A DNA stretch of 64,000 nt. It comes from Escherichia coli. GTDB taxonomy: Bacteria; Pseudomonadota; Gammaproteobacteria; Enterobacterales; Enterobacteriaceae. The stretch lies in assembly GCF_024298765.1 (NCBI RefSeq), contig NZ_CP101210.1. One strand, written 5' to 3'. The translations under genes and the position numbers were made by a program. The notes beneath the pieces are model-generated. The model searched no databases and was not told the DNA's origin. It was given only the letters and a program-made list of their open reading frames with translations. This document shows, piece after piece, positions 38,853 to 49,725 of this stretch (position 1 is the first letter of the stretch; each line of letters opens with the position of its first letter).

Positions 38853-39068
38853 ATGAAATCAATGGATAAGTTAACAACAGGTGTTGCCTATGGCACATCG
38901 GCGGGTAATGCTGGTTTCTGGGCATTGCAGTTACTCGATAAAGTAACTCCGTCACAGTGGGCTGCAATCGGTGTGCTGGGTAGCCTGGTTTTTGGCCTGC
39001 TGACGTATCTGACAAATCTTTATTTCAAGATTAAAGAAGACAGGCGTAAGGCTGCGAGAGGAGAGTAA
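38853..39068 (+). CDS. essQ: phage-21-type class II holin (pinholin) with dual start
   Basis: [71 protein letters not shown], 71 aa. Met1/Met4 dual-start motif. Confidence 0.9.
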   Translation: MKSMDKLTTGVAYGTSAGNAGFWALQLLDKVTPSQWAAIGVLGSLVFGLLTYLTNLYFKIKEDRRKAARGE

Positions 39069-39072
39069 TCCA

Positions 39073-39380
39073 ATGACTCAAGACTATGAACTGGTTGTGA
39101 AAGGAGTCCGTAATTTTGAGAATAAAGTTACGGTAACTGTAGCCTTACAGGACAAAGAACGCTTTGACGGTGAAATTTTTGACCTGGATGTCGCCATGGA
39201 CCGTGTTGAAGGAGCTGCGCTGGAGTTTTATGAGGCAGCAGCCAGAAGGAGCGTCCGGCAAGTCTTCCTGGAAGTAGCAGAAAAATTGTCAGAAAAAGTT
39301 GAGTCTTATCTGCAGCATCAGTACTCCTTTAAGATTGAAAATCCTGCCAATAAGCACGAGCGTCCTCATCATAAATATCT

Positions 39381-39384
<4 letters not shown>
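39073..39384 (+). CDS. ydfR: DUF1327 protein
   Basis: 103 aa, lies between holin and endolysin as in Qin. Confidence 0.8.
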
Positions 39385-40408
<1,024 letters not shown>

Positions 40409-40771
40409 GGTAATATTAAATCGGAACATTTACATCGCGGAATGTAAAATTTAAATAAAAAGGACTCTTCCATGAGCCAAAATTCCTGAAATCTTAAGGG
40501 TAAGATAAAAGGTCTTAATCAGAATGACACGTTTTATTAATAAATAAAGCTATTCTTTCATTGCTGTGTTTTTCTTTACAAAAGTAATCCTTGCTATGGG
40601 TGGTTAATCATGCGTTAATGGTGTTCTGGTTTGTTACAAATTTATCTGAAGCAGTCATTTTTATAATTTTATTATTTGTACCTCTTGAGATTTCCTTGTT
40701 GGTTTTTCTCTCTGATATTTTTTTTTCGGACCATTCTGCCCAAGGGCTAATTTCTTCAAAAGGTAATAATT

Positions 40772-40984
40772 ATGTCTAACAAAATGACTGGTTTAGTGAA
40801 ATGGTTTAACCCTGAAAAAGGTTTTGGTTTCATCACGCCGAAAGATGGCAGCAAAGATGTGTTTGTCCATTTCTCAGCAATTCAGAGCAACGATTTCAAA
40901 ACATTAACTGAGAATCAGGAAGTTGAATTTGGTATTGAGAACGGACCTAAAGGTCCTGCCGCTGTTCATGTAGTGGCGCTTTGA
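40772..40984 (+). CDS. cspI: cold shock protein CspI
   Basis: 70 aa, [38 protein letters not shown]. Confidence 0.92.
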   Translation: MSNKMTGLVKWFNPEKGFGFITPKDGSKDVFVHFSAIQSNDFKTLTENQEVEFGIENGPKGPAAVHVVAL

Positions 40985-41018
40985 GGTAGACAATATTACA
41001 AACCATATTCACTTTAGA

Positions 41019-41183
41019 TGCCCGTGTTGTCATGGTTCCCAGTATAGAACATCATCTTTTGATGTTTCTGACATGAATCCTTTCGGGGCAAAATGTATCT
41101 TTTGTAAATCAATGATGATTACATTTGATAATATTTCACAATACTTAAATGCCAGCCGTCTGTCGTTGGATTTAAAAAAGTGA
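41019..41183 (+). other. zinc-ribbon ORF at the ynfN position, start codon unresolved
   Basis: The frame reads ...HFRCPCCHGSQYRTSSFDVSDMNPFGAKCIFCKSMMITFDNISQYLNASRLSLDLKK then stop. No ATG, GTG or TTG lies between the cspI stop and the first CxxC. Confidence 0.3.
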
Positions 41184-41188
41184 AAATG

Positions 41189-41211
41189 AAGGCTCCTTCG
41201 GGAGCTTTTTT
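41189..41211 (+). terminator. rho-independent terminator
   Basis: AAGGCTCC-TTCG-GGAGCTTTTTT. Confidence 0.7.
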
Positions 41212-41255
41212 GCTTGGTGTCTATTCGATGGATACTCACATACTACGGTAACATC

Positions 41256-41486
41256 ATGAAAAAAATCATAGTTTTTTTTAACTCTGAACCAGCAGTGGTA
41301 GTGTCAGCGATGACTGGAGTTAACACCATCATGCGTGAATATCCAAATGGCGAAAAAACACACCTTACTGTAATGGCCGCAGGGTTTCCATCTCTGACCG
41401 GAGATCATAAAGTCATTTATGTAGCCGCGGATCGACATGTTACTTCAGAAGAAATTCTGGAAGCAGCAATAAGGCTCTTGAGTTGA
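41256..41486 (+). CDS. hypothetical 76-aa protein
   Basis: MKKIIVFFNSEPAVVVSAMTGVNTIMREYPNGEKTHL...; weak RBS. Confidence 0.4.
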   Translation: MKKIIVFFNSEPAVVVSAMTGVNTIMREYPNGEKTHLTVMAAGFPSLTGDHKVIYVAADRHVTSEEILEAAIRLLS

Positions 41487-41654
41487 TTTGATGCTATTGC
41501 ATTGATAATTCAGGAAAATTCTCTTTGTCTGTTTGTGTAAAATTTAGACTATCGTATGTTGATTATTGCGATGTTTCATCTTATCTTTTACACGTTTGCA
41601 CCATATAATCGACTTACTGTGTAACTGGAAAGTCATAACAGACTAAAAGAGGAA

Positions 41655-41831
41655 ATGATGAATATTGAAGACTTAAAAACAAAAGCAGAAGCAGATATTT
41701 CTGAATATATAACAAAAAAAATTATTGAACTTAAGAAAAAGACCGGGAAAGAAGTTACCAGTATTCAGTTTACCGCACGGGAAAAAATGACGGGTCTTGA
41801 AAGCTATGATGTCAAGATTAATTTAATCTGA
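41655..41831 (+). CDS. gnsB: GnsA/GnsB-family small protein
   Basis: Below the track cutoff. AGAGGAA RBS. MMNIEDLKTKAEADISEYITKKIIELKKKTGKEVTSIQFTAREKMTGLESYDVKINLI (58 aa). The FTAREKMTGLESYDVKI block is as in GnsB. A hairpin follows at 41858-41885. Confidence 0.75.
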   Translation: MMNIEDLKTKAEADISEYITKKIIELKKKTGKEVTSIQFTAREKMTGLESYDVKINLI

Positions 41832-41982
41832 TGTATTCAATAATAAAGTTTATCCATAAACCTCGTTTTTACGGGGTTTTGTTATATTTGAATGGTTCCG
41901 AATATCTAAATCACAATTGTTGATGGTTTTTATTAAACCAATGCAGTCCGGCTCAGGAGTGAGAGAAGCCGGACGTTATGGT

Positions 41983-42393
41983 TTAGCGTGGTAAGATCTG
42001 TGTAGTTTTCTGGATGCTTTCAGTAAATAGTAATGAGTTATCAAAGGCATAGTAATATCTTTGGTGTTCCTGGATATTTGTAACCCATCGGAAAACTCCT
42101 GCTTTAGCAAGATTTTCCCTGTATTGTTGAAATGTGATTTCTTTTGATTTCAACTTATTATAGGAGGTCTCTATAAGATGTTTGTTTCTGGAGAATTTAA
42201 CATTTACAACCTTTTTGAGTCCTTTTACTAACACTATGTTGTCGTTTTCTAACACAATGTGAATATTATCTGTGGCTAAATAGTAAATATAAAGTGAGAC
42301 ATTGTGACGTTTTAGCTCAGAATAAAATAATTCACAGTTTAAATCTTTACGCACTTGATCGAATATTTCTTTAAAAATGGCAGCCTGAGCCAT
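41983..42393 (-). CDS. ydfO: DUF1398 protein
   Basis: Start at [19 protein letters not shown] (Met39 of the track ORF), giving 136 aa. [10 protein letters not shown] and AGVFRWVT blocks as in K-12 YdfO. Confidence 0.7.
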   Translation of the reverse strand: MAQAAIFKEIFDQVRKDLNCELFYSELKRHNVSLYIYYLATDNIHIVLENDNIVLVKGLKKVVNVKFSRNKHLIETSYNKLKSKEITFQQYRENLAKAGVFRWVTNIQEHQRYYYAFDNSLLFTESIQKTTQILPR

Positions 42394-42593
42394 TGGTAAA
42401 CCTTCCATGTGATACGATGGCGCGTAGTTTGCGTAACAAAGTTGAGCCTTGCTGGCATCCAGGAGGGATATGCAACCGACAGATGTATGTAAGGTCGATG
42501 TACTCAAACTTTCATACTTTTCCTCTTTTATGCAGAAAGATTTGAAGTAATATTTTAACCGCTAGATGACGAGCAAACGCATGGAGCGACAAA

Positions 42594-42800
42594 ATGAATA
42601 AAGAACAATCTGCTGATGAACTCTCGTTGGATCTGATTCGTGTAAAAAATATGCTTAATAGCACCATTTCTATGAGTTACCCGGATGTTGTAATCGCATG
42701 TATAGAACATCAGGTGTCTCTGGAAGCATTCAGGGCAATTGAGGCAGCGTTGGTGAAGCACGATAAGAATTCGAAGGATTATTCCCTGGTGGTTGACTGA
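42594..42800 (+). CDS. hypothetical 68-aa protein (ynfO position)
   Basis: ORF with acidic helical composition between ydfO and cos. No family recognised. Confidence 0.4.
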   Translation: MNKEQSADELSLDLIRVKNMLNSTISMSYPDVVIACIEHQVSLEAFRAIEAALVKHDKNSKDYSLVVD

Positions 42801-43124
42801 GCACCATAACTGCTAATCATTCAAACTATTTAACCTGTGACAGAGTCAATGTCGCATTCTGTCACTGTCAGGCTAATACAGAGCTGCAATTCAACTACTG
42901 CAATGTCCTCGTAATTAGGTGAATTTACATATCGTCCTGTTCGGATGCCGGCTGCATTGCTGAAGATGAGGCATTTATGGTTCGCATATTTTCCCCTCAT
43001 GCTCGTCAGTCCTGTGCGTAGGAAGAAACAGGACACTCACACTAATTTGTGTGGGCATGCTGTGATGTCCTTCTGAATTATTCCTATGCCATTATGTAAA
43101 GCGCTGTATCAGATGCTCGTCACG

Positions 43125-43250
43125 GCTGTCAGGCTGTCGGGTCCTCCCGGTGGGGGCCCCTGCCACGGGGCGGGAGCGTCGCGGAAAAAGGCTAGTTTTT
43201 GAAATTTCATTCGTCATCACCACTACTGTAATAGATTGATATTACAGTGT
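43125..43250 (+). other. candidate cos region (cosN-like GC island plus downstream inverted repeat)
   Basis: ACGGGGCGGGAGCGTCGCGG aligns with lambda ACGGGGCGGCGACCTCGCGG as I recall it, giving a putative 12-nt end GGGCGGGAGCGT at 43168-43179. TTCGTCAT follows, as in lambda cosB. Perfect inverted repeat ACTGTAATA-N6-TATTACAGT at 43225-43248. About 100 bp upstream of terS. Confidence 0.5.
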
Positions 43251-43353
43251 TTTTATTTTTGTGGTGTCGATTTTGATTGTTTTTTGTTCATCACTAACAC
43301 CGTTTGCCTAAAGTTGTTCGCAAGATGCATGTTTAAAACATTCTGGAGCGGGT

Positions 43354-43848
43354 ATGGATCGAGAGTTAAAAAATCTGACGCTGAATATCAGTCAACTGGC
43401 GGCACTGTCAGGTGTACATCGCCAGACTGCTGCGGCAAGGCTGCAAAATCTACCCGTTGCAGGGGGGCATGAAAGCAACCTCAAGCTTTATCGGGTGGTT
43501 GATATTGTGTCGGCATTTCTGGCATTACCACCGCCGGTTGCAGAAAGCGAAATGGATGCGCATGAGCGCAAAGCCTGGTATCAGTCTGAACGTGAGCGTC
43601 TTAAGTTCGAACAGGAAACGGCACAACTCATTCCGGCCAGTGATGTCAGACGGGAGTTTGCCATCTGGGCAAAAGCGGTCGTGCAGGTGCTGGAGACATT
43701 ACCGGATATTCTTGAACGTGACTGCGGTCTGCAGCCTGCCGCTGTGAGCCGTGTTCAGTCCATTATTGATGATCTGCGCGATCAGATAGCCCTGCGGGTG
43801 ACTGAAGCAGGTGCGGATGATGAGGAGGAATTACAGCAGGAGGAGTAA
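43354..43848 (+). CDS. terminase small subunit
   Basis: 164 aa. N-terminal wHTH (LNISQLAALSGVHRQTAAARL), acidic C-terminus. Stop overlaps the terL ATG. Confidence 0.8.
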   Translation: MDRELKNLTLNISQLAALSGVHRQTAAARLQNLPVAGGHESNLKLYRVVDIVSAFLALPPPVAESEMDAHERKAWYQSERERLKFEQETAQLIPASDVRREFAIWAKAVVQVLETLPDILERDCGLQPAAVSRVQSIIDDLRDQIALRVTEAGADDEEELQQEE

Positions 43849-45950
43849 TGCTGAATCAGGAAACCGCAAAGGCAGCACGAACCGATTCAGGTTATATCCT
43901 TCGCGCACCGAGACGAATGCGGGTTGCTGATGCCGTTGCTCAGTATATGCGGGTGCCCCTGGGGGCAGGGAACTCAGTCCCGTGGGATCCGCTGGTGGCA
44001 CCGTATGTTATTGAGCCGATGAACTGCCTGGCCTCGCGTGAATACGACGCAGTGATATTTGTTGGCCCGGCACGAACCGGCAAGACTATCGGCCTGATTG
44101 ACGGCTGGGTGATTTACAACGTGATTTGCGATCCTGCTGATATGCTGATCATTCAGATGACGGAGGAAAAAGCCCGCGAACACTCCAAAAAACGACTCGC
44201 CAGAACGTTTCGCGTCAGCCCGGAAGTGGTCAGTCGCCTGAGTCCGAACAAAAATGACAACAACGTTTATGACAGAACATTCCTTGCTGGTAACTACCTG
44301 AAAATCGGCTGGCCGTCAGTCAATATCATGTCCTCATCAGATTATAAATGCGTCGCGCTGACGGATTATGACCGTTTTCCGGAAGATATTGATGGCGAGG
44401 GGGATGCTTTCTCTCTTGCCTCAAAACGTACCACAACATTTATGTCCAGTGGTATGACGCTGGTGGAGAGTTCCCCCGGCAGGGATGTGAAGGATGTGAA
44501 ATGGCGACGGACTTCACCGCATGAGGCTCCACCAACCACGGGGATACTGTCGCTCTATAACCGTGGTGATCGCCGTCGCTGGTACTGGCCCTGTCCATAC
44601 TGTGGTGAGTATTTTCAGCCCTGCGGCGATGTGGTTGCTGGTTTCCGTGATATTGCCGATCCCGTGCTGGCAAGTGAGGCGGCTTATATTCAGTGTCCTT
44701 CCTGTTCAGGACGGATTATGCCTGAACAAAAACGTGAGCTGAACGGACGTGGGGTCTGGTTGCGGGATGGTGAATCCATCAATGCGGATGGCAGTCGTTA
44801 TGGTGATCCCCGACGCTCACGTATTGCGTCATTCTGGATGGAGGGGCCGGCAGCTGCTTACCAGACACTCTCGCAACTCGTTTACAAACTGCTTACTGCA
44901 GAACAGGAATACGAGACAACCGGAAGTGAAGAAACACTCAAGACGGTTATCAATACCGACTGGGGATTACCTTATCTTCCCCGCGCCAGCATGGAGCAAC
45001 GAAAAAGTGAACTGCTTGAGCAGCGGGCAGAGCCAGTTCCTTCCCGCAGTGTGCCGGATGGCGTTAATTTCCTTGTGGCGACAGTGGATGTGCAGGCGGG
45101 ACGTCATCGCCGTTTTGTGGTTCAGGTAACGGGCTATGGCAGCCGTGGCGAACGCTGGATTATTGATCGTTACAACATCACGCAGTCATTGCGCGGTGAC
45201 AGCGACGGGGAGAGCCAGCGAATTGATCCGGCCAGCTATCCGGAAGACTGGGATGTCCTGCTGACGGATGTTTTTCATAAAAGCTGGCCGCTGGCCTCCG
45301 ATCCTTCTCAACAAATGCGACTGATGGCAATGGCGGTGGACTCCGGCGGTGAAGACGGGGTCACTGATAATGCCTATAAATTCTGGCGTCGTTGCCGTCG
45401 TGATGGCCTTGGTAAACGTATTTACCTGTTTAAGGGCGACAGCATCCGGCGCGCAAAACTGATCACCCGTACATTCCCTGATAACACCGGACGAACGGGC
45501 CGACGGGCGCAGGCCGCAGGTGATGTGCCGCTCTGGCTTCTTCAGACGGATGCACTGAAAGACCGGGTGAATAACGCGTTATGGCGTGACTCGCCAGGTC
45601 CCGGCTATGTGCATTTCCCTGACTGGCTGGGGAGCTGGTTTTACGACGAACTGACGTATGAAGAGCGGAGCAGTGACGGGAAATGGAGTAAGCCAGGTCG
45701 CGGTGCCAACGAAGCTTTTGACCTGATGGTGTATGCCGAGGCTCTGGTCATTCTGCATGGATACGAAAAGATCCGCTGGCCGGATGCACCGGAGTGGGCG
45801 AGCCGGGAAACCTGGCTGGAGTGTGTCCCGGACAGTACCGAACCGTCACCCACACCGGAACCGGTATCCACGCCTGTTAAAAAACAAAAACGGAAGAAAA
45901 CAGTAACTGACGATGTTAACCCCTGGCTGACTTCCGGAGGATGGTTATGA
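43848..45950 (+). CDS. terminase large subunit (GpA family)
   Basis: 700 aa. Walker A GPARTGKT. Zinc-ribbon-like CPYCGEYF...CPSCSG. Confidence 0.9.
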   Translation: MLNQETAKAARTDSGYILRAPRRMRVADAVAQYMRVPLGAGNSVPWDPLVAPYVIEPMNCLASREYDAVIFVGPARTGKTIGLIDGWVIYNVICDPADMLIIQMTEEKAREHSKKRLARTFRVSPEVVSRLSPNKNDNNVYDRTFLAGNYLKIGWPSVNIMSSSDYKCVALTDYDRFPEDIDGEGDAFSLASKRTTTFMSSGMTLVESSPGRDVKDVKWRRTSPHEAPPTTGILSLYNRGDRRRWYWPCPYCGEYFQPCGDVVAGFRDIADPVLASEAAYIQCPSCSGRIMPEQKRELNGRGVWLRDGESINADGSRYGDPRRSRIASFWMEGPAAAYQTLSQLVYKLLTAEQEYETTGSEETLKTVINTDWGLPYLPRASMEQRKSELLEQRAEPVPSRSVPDGVNFLVATVDVQAGRHRRFVVQVTGYGSRGERWIIDRYNITQSLRGDSDGESQRIDPASYPEDWDVLLTDVFHKSWPLASDPSQQMRLMAMAVDSGGEDGVTDNAYKFWRRCRRDGLGKRIYLFKGDSIRRAKLITRTFPDNTGRTGRRAQAAGDVPLWLLQTDALKDRVNNALWRDSPGPGYVHFPDWLGSWFYDELTYEERSSDGKWSKPGRGANEAFDLMVYAEALVILHGYEKIRWPDAPEWASRETWLECVPDSTEPSPTPEPVSTPVKKQKRKKTVTDDVNPWLTSGGWL

Positions 45951-46159
45951 ATCAGAATGATATTGAAGCCATGATTCAGCGTTATACGGAAGCTGAAATG
46001 GCGGTGCTGGACGGAAAATCCGTCACTTTTAATGGTCAGCAGATGACCATGGAAAACTTATCTGAGATCCGGCAGGGGCGGCAGGAGTGGGAGCGCCGCC
46101 TTGCGGCTCTGATTACACGACGACGGGGGCATCCCGGGTACCGGCTGGCGAGGTTCTGA
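45947..46159 (+). CDS. head completion / head-tail joining protein gpW-like
   Basis: ATGA overlap with terL. GGAGG lies 6 nt upstream of ATG 45947. The C-terminus RRRGHPGYRLARF resembles lambda W (RRRGPAGFYV). Confidence 0.75.
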   Translation: MNQNDIEAMIQRYTEAEMAVLDGKSVTFNGQQMTMENLSEIRQGRQEWERRLAALITRRRGHPGYRLARF

Positions 46160-47667
46160 TGGCAATTCTTGATGATGTGATTGGCGTTTTTTCACCAGGA
46201 TGGAAAGCGGCAAGGCTGCGTTCCCGAGCGGTGATCCAGGCTTATGAGGCCGTAAAAACGACGCGGACACACAAAGCCCGACGGGAGAACCGAACTGCCG
46301 ACCAGTTAAGCCAGTACGGGGCCGTGTCGTTACGTGAGCAGGCCCGTTACCTTGATAACAACCACGATCTGGTCATTGGTGTATTTGACAAGCTGGAAGA
46401 ACGGGTGGTGGGGAAAAACGGGATTATTGTCGAGCCACATCCGGTATTACGCAATGGTGCCATTGCCCGTGACTTGGCAGCGGAGATACGTACCCGATGG
46501 AGTGAATGGTCTGTCAGTCCGGAAGTCACCGGGCAGTTTACCCGTCCGATGCTGGAACGTCTGATGCTGCGTACCTGGCTGCGCGATGGTGAGGTGTTTG
46601 CCCAGATGGTTTCCGGGCGCATAAACAGCCTGACGCCTTCTGCCGGTGTTCATTTCTGGCTGGAGGCGCTCGAGCCGGACTTTATTCCCATGACCAGTGA
46701 TGAGAGCAACAGGCTGAATCAGGGCGTGTTTGTTGATGACTGGGGGCGTCCCGAAAAATATCTGGTGTATAAAAGTCGTCCTGTATCCGGACGGCAGATG
46801 GAAACCAAAGAAGTGGATGCAGAGCGAATGCTGCATCTTAAATTTGTTCGCCGTCTGCACCAGATGCGCGGGACGTCTTTATTGTCCGGTGTGCTGATCC
46901 GCCTCAGCGCCCTGAAAGAGTATGAAGATTCTGAGCTGACTGCAGCAAGGATCGCCGCTGCTCTGGGGATGTACATCCGGAAAGGCGACGGACAGAGCTA
47001 TGAAACGGATGGTAATGACAGCAAGGAGAATGAACGCGAGCTTACCATTCAGCCAGGCATTATTTACGACGATCTGAAACCCGGCGAAGAAATCGGAATG
47101 GTGAAGTCGGATCGTCCCAATCCTAACCTTGAAACTTTTCGTAATGGTCAGTTGCGTGCCGTGGCGGCGGGCAGTCGTCTGAGTTTTTCCAGTACGGCAC
47201 GCAACTATAACGGCACTTACAGCGCCCAGCGTCAGGAACTGGTTGAGTCTACTGATGGCTACCTGATCCTGCAGGACTGGTTTATTGGTGCCGTCACCCG
47301 CCCGATGTATCGTGCATGGCTGAAACAGGCTGTGGCATCCGGTGTTATCAGGCTACCCCGCGATCTTGACCGTTCTTCACTGTATACCGCGGTGTATTCC
47401 GGACCAGTGATGCCGTGGATTGACCCTGTTAAGGAGGCTGAGGCCTGGAAAATCCAGATTCGTGGTGGAGCGGCGACAGAATCAGACTGGGTACGTGCTG
47501 GTGGTCGTAATCCGGATGATGTCAAACGTCGGCGCAAGGCCGAAATTGATGAAAACCGCAAGCTGGATCTGGTATTTGATACCGATCCGGCCAGTGATAA
47601 AGGAGGCAGCAGTGCCGCAACGAAACGACAGGAGCCGCAGCACACCGACGACCAGTCCGAAGAATAA
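46159..47667 (+). CDS. portal protein (lambda B family)
   Basis: Start at MAILDDVIGVFSPGWKAARLR (ATG 46159, overlapping the gpW TGA), giving 502 aa. Confidence 0.88.
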   Translation: MAILDDVIGVFSPGWKAARLRSRAVIQAYEAVKTTRTHKARRENRTADQLSQYGAVSLREQARYLDNNHDLVIGVFDKLEERVVGKNGIIVEPHPVLRNGAIARDLAAEIRTRWSEWSVSPEVTGQFTRPMLERLMLRTWLRDGEVFAQMVSGRINSLTPSAGVHFWLEALEPDFIPMTSDESNRLNQGVFVDDWGRPEKYLVYKSRPVSGRQMETKEVDAERMLHLKFVRRLHQMRGTSLLSGVLIRLSALKEYEDSELTAARIAAALGMYIRKGDGQSYETDGNDSKENERELTIQPGIIYDDLKPGEEIGMVKSDRPNPNLETFRNGQLRAVAAGSRLSFSSTARNYNGTYSAQRQELVESTDGYLILQDWFIGAVTRPMYRAWLKQAVASGVIRLPRDLDRSSLYTAVYSGPVMPWIDPVKEAEAWKIQIRGGAATESDWVRAGGRNPDDVKRRRKAEIDENRKLDLVFDTDPASDKGGSSAATKRQEPQHTDDQSEE

Positions 47668-49639
47668 TTCCTGGTTCAGGATGCAGGCTGGTCACCAGAG
47701 TGACGCGGATATTTATATTTATGACGAGATTGGTTTCTGGGGTGTTACAGCGAAGCAGTTTATCAGTGATCTGAATGCACTGGGCGATATCACCCACATT
47801 AATCTCCATATTAATTCACCGGGTGGCGATGTCTTTGAAGGCATCGCCATTTTTAATGCGCTGAAAACACATGGAGCGTCCATTACCGTTTATGTCGACG
47901 GTGTGGCGGCGTCAATGGCGTCGGTCATTGCGATGGTGGGAAACCCGGTCATTATGCCGGAAAACACTTTCATGATGATTCATAAACCATTTGGCTTTAC
48001 GGGCGGTGATGCGGAGGACATGCGCACCTATGCCGACCTGCTCGATAAAGTTGAGGCGGTTCTGTTACCCGCTTATGCACAGAAAACCGGGAAAACCACC
48101 GATGAAATTGCTGCCATGCTGGCGGATGAGACCTGGATGTCCGGTGCCGAATGTCTGGCACATGGATTTGCTGATCAGGTAACGCCAGCCGTTAAGGCAA
48201 TGGCATGTATTCAGTCAAAACGTACAGAGGAATTTAAAAAGATGCCGGAATCCATTCGAAACATGATTACTCCGCCACGCAACAGTGCTCCACGCGTACA
48301 GGATGATGAACCTGCAGCCTCCCGGACGCCAGTGCAGGCAGCAGCACCCGTGGTGGATGAAAACAGTATCCGTGCGCAGGTACTGGCAGAGCAAAAAGCG
48401 CGTGTAAACGGTATTAATGATCTGTTTGCCATGTTTGGCGGGCGTTATCAGACGCTGCAGGCTCAGTGTCTTGCCGATCCTGAATGTTCGCTGGAGCAGG
48501 CCCGCGAAAAGCTGTTGAACGAGATGGGGCGCGAGTCCACGCCATCCAATAAAAATACCCCGGCTCATATTTATGCCGGTAACGGTAATTTTGTGGGGGA
48601 CGGGATCCGCCAGGCGCTGATGGCGCGTGCCGGATTTGAAAAAACCGAACGTGATAATGTCTACAACGGGATGACCCTGCGTGAATATGCCCGTATGTCA
48701 CTGACTGAACGGGGTATTGGGGTTTCCAGTTATAACCCGATGCAGATGGTCGGTGCGGCGTTCACACACAGTACGTCTGACTTCGGTAATATTCTGCTGG
48801 ATGTTGCGAACAAAGCCATTCTGCAGGGCTGGGAAGATGCTCCTGAAACCTATGAACAGTGGACGCGGAAAGGTCAGTTGTCTGATTTTAAAATTGCCCA
48901 TCGTGTGGGTATGGGGGGCTTCAGTGCTCTGCGTCAGGTGCGTGAAGGGGCGGAATATAAATACGTCACCACCGGAGATAAACAGGCCACTATTGCACTG
49001 GCGACCTATGGCGAGCTGTTCAGTATCACCCGTCAGGCCATTATCAATGATGATCTGAATATGCTGACCGATGTCCCGATGAAGCTGGGCCGTGCGGCGA
49101 AATCCACCATTGCCGATCTGGTTTATGCCATTCTGACGTCTAACCCGAAAATCTCCACAGATAATGTAAGTCTGTTCGATAAAGCGAAACATGCAAACGT
49201 ACTGGAGAGCGCTGCAATGGACGTGGCATCGCTGGATAAAGCCCGCCAGTTGATGCGCGTTCAGAAAGAGGGGGAGCGTCATCTGAATATTCGTCCTGCG
49301 TTCGTACTGGTACCGACGGCGATGGAGTCTGTTGCTAACCAGGTCATTCGCTCCTCAAGTGTCAAGGGGGCTGACATTAACGCCGGTATTATTAACCCGG
49401 TGAAAGATTTTGCGACCGTTATTGCAGAGCCTCGTCTTGATGATAACAGCCAGACCACCTTCTACCTGGCTGCGTCCAAAGGCTCCGATACGATTGAAGT
49501 GGCTTATCTCAACGGTGTGGATACGCCATATATTGATCAGATGGAGGGCTTCAGTGTGGATGGCGTGACAACGAAAGTGCGTATTGACGCCGGTGTCGCG
49601 CCAGTTGATCACCGCGGTCTGGTGAAATGTACGGCGTAA
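47612..49639 (+). CDS. ClpP-like prohead protease fused to scaffold-like linker and major capsid protein
   Basis: AAGGAGG, 6 nt, GTG 47612 (inside the portal 3' end). N-terminal S14-type protease (IYIYDEIGFWG, INSPGGDVFEG, VDGVAASMASV, FMMIHKP). Ala/Pro/Gln-rich linker. C-terminal roughly 330 aa is capsid-like. 675 aa in total. Confidence 0.8.
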   Translation: MPQRNDRSRSTPTTSPKNNSWFRMQAGHQSDADIYIYDEIGFWGVTAKQFISDLNALGDITHINLHINSPGGDVFEGIAIFNALKTHGASITVYVDGVAASMASVIAMVGNPVIMPENTFMMIHKPFGFTGGDAEDMRTYADLLDKVEAVLLPAYAQKTGKTTDEIAAMLADETWMSGAECLAHGFADQVTPAVKAMACIQSKRTEEFKKMPESIRNMITPPRNSAPRVQDDEPAASRTPVQAAAPVVDENSIRAQVLAEQKARVNGINDLFAMFGGRYQTLQAQCLADPECSLEQAREKLLNEMGRESTPSNKNTPAHIYAGNGNFVGDGIRQALMARAGFEKTERDNVYNGMTLREYARMSLTERGIGVSSYNPMQMVGAAFTHSTSDFGNILLDVANKAILQGWEDAPETYEQWTRKGQLSDFKIAHRVGMGGFSALRQVREGAEYKYVTTGDKQATIALATYGELFSITRQAIINDDLNMLTDVPMKLGRAAKSTIADLVYAILTSNPKISTDNVSLFDKAKHANVLESAAMDVASLDKARQLMRVQKEGERHLNIRPAFVLVPTAMESVANQVIRSSSVKGADINAGIINPVKDFATVIAEPRLDDNSQTTFYLAASKGSDTIEVAYLNGVDTPYIDQMEGFSVDGVTTKVRIDAGVAPVDHRGLVKCTA

Positions 49640-49725
49640 ACGTCGCAGACAACAACTCTGATGGCCCGTAAGGGCTTTTTTTGTACCTGAAATCAGCCTC
49701 TGAACGGGGCTGTGCGGAGACAGTT

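Noticed and set aside
40591-40779. 62-aa plus-strand ORF upstream of cspI
   Set aside because: Lies in the AT-rich cspI promoter and long 5' UTR. TTG-type start, Phe/Leu/Ile-rich artefact.
42830-43036. 68-aa minus-strand ORF between the ynfO-position gene and cos
   Set aside because: GTG start without an RBS and no recognisable family. Left uncalled, though not excluded.
43236-43747. 78-aa and 111-aa plus-strand ORFs
   Set aside because: The first starts at a TTG inside the cos-proximal inverted repeat. The second is an alternative frame of the small terminase gene.
48698-49282. 194-aa minus-strand ORF
   Set aside because: Antisense to the capsid domain of the protease-capsid gene.
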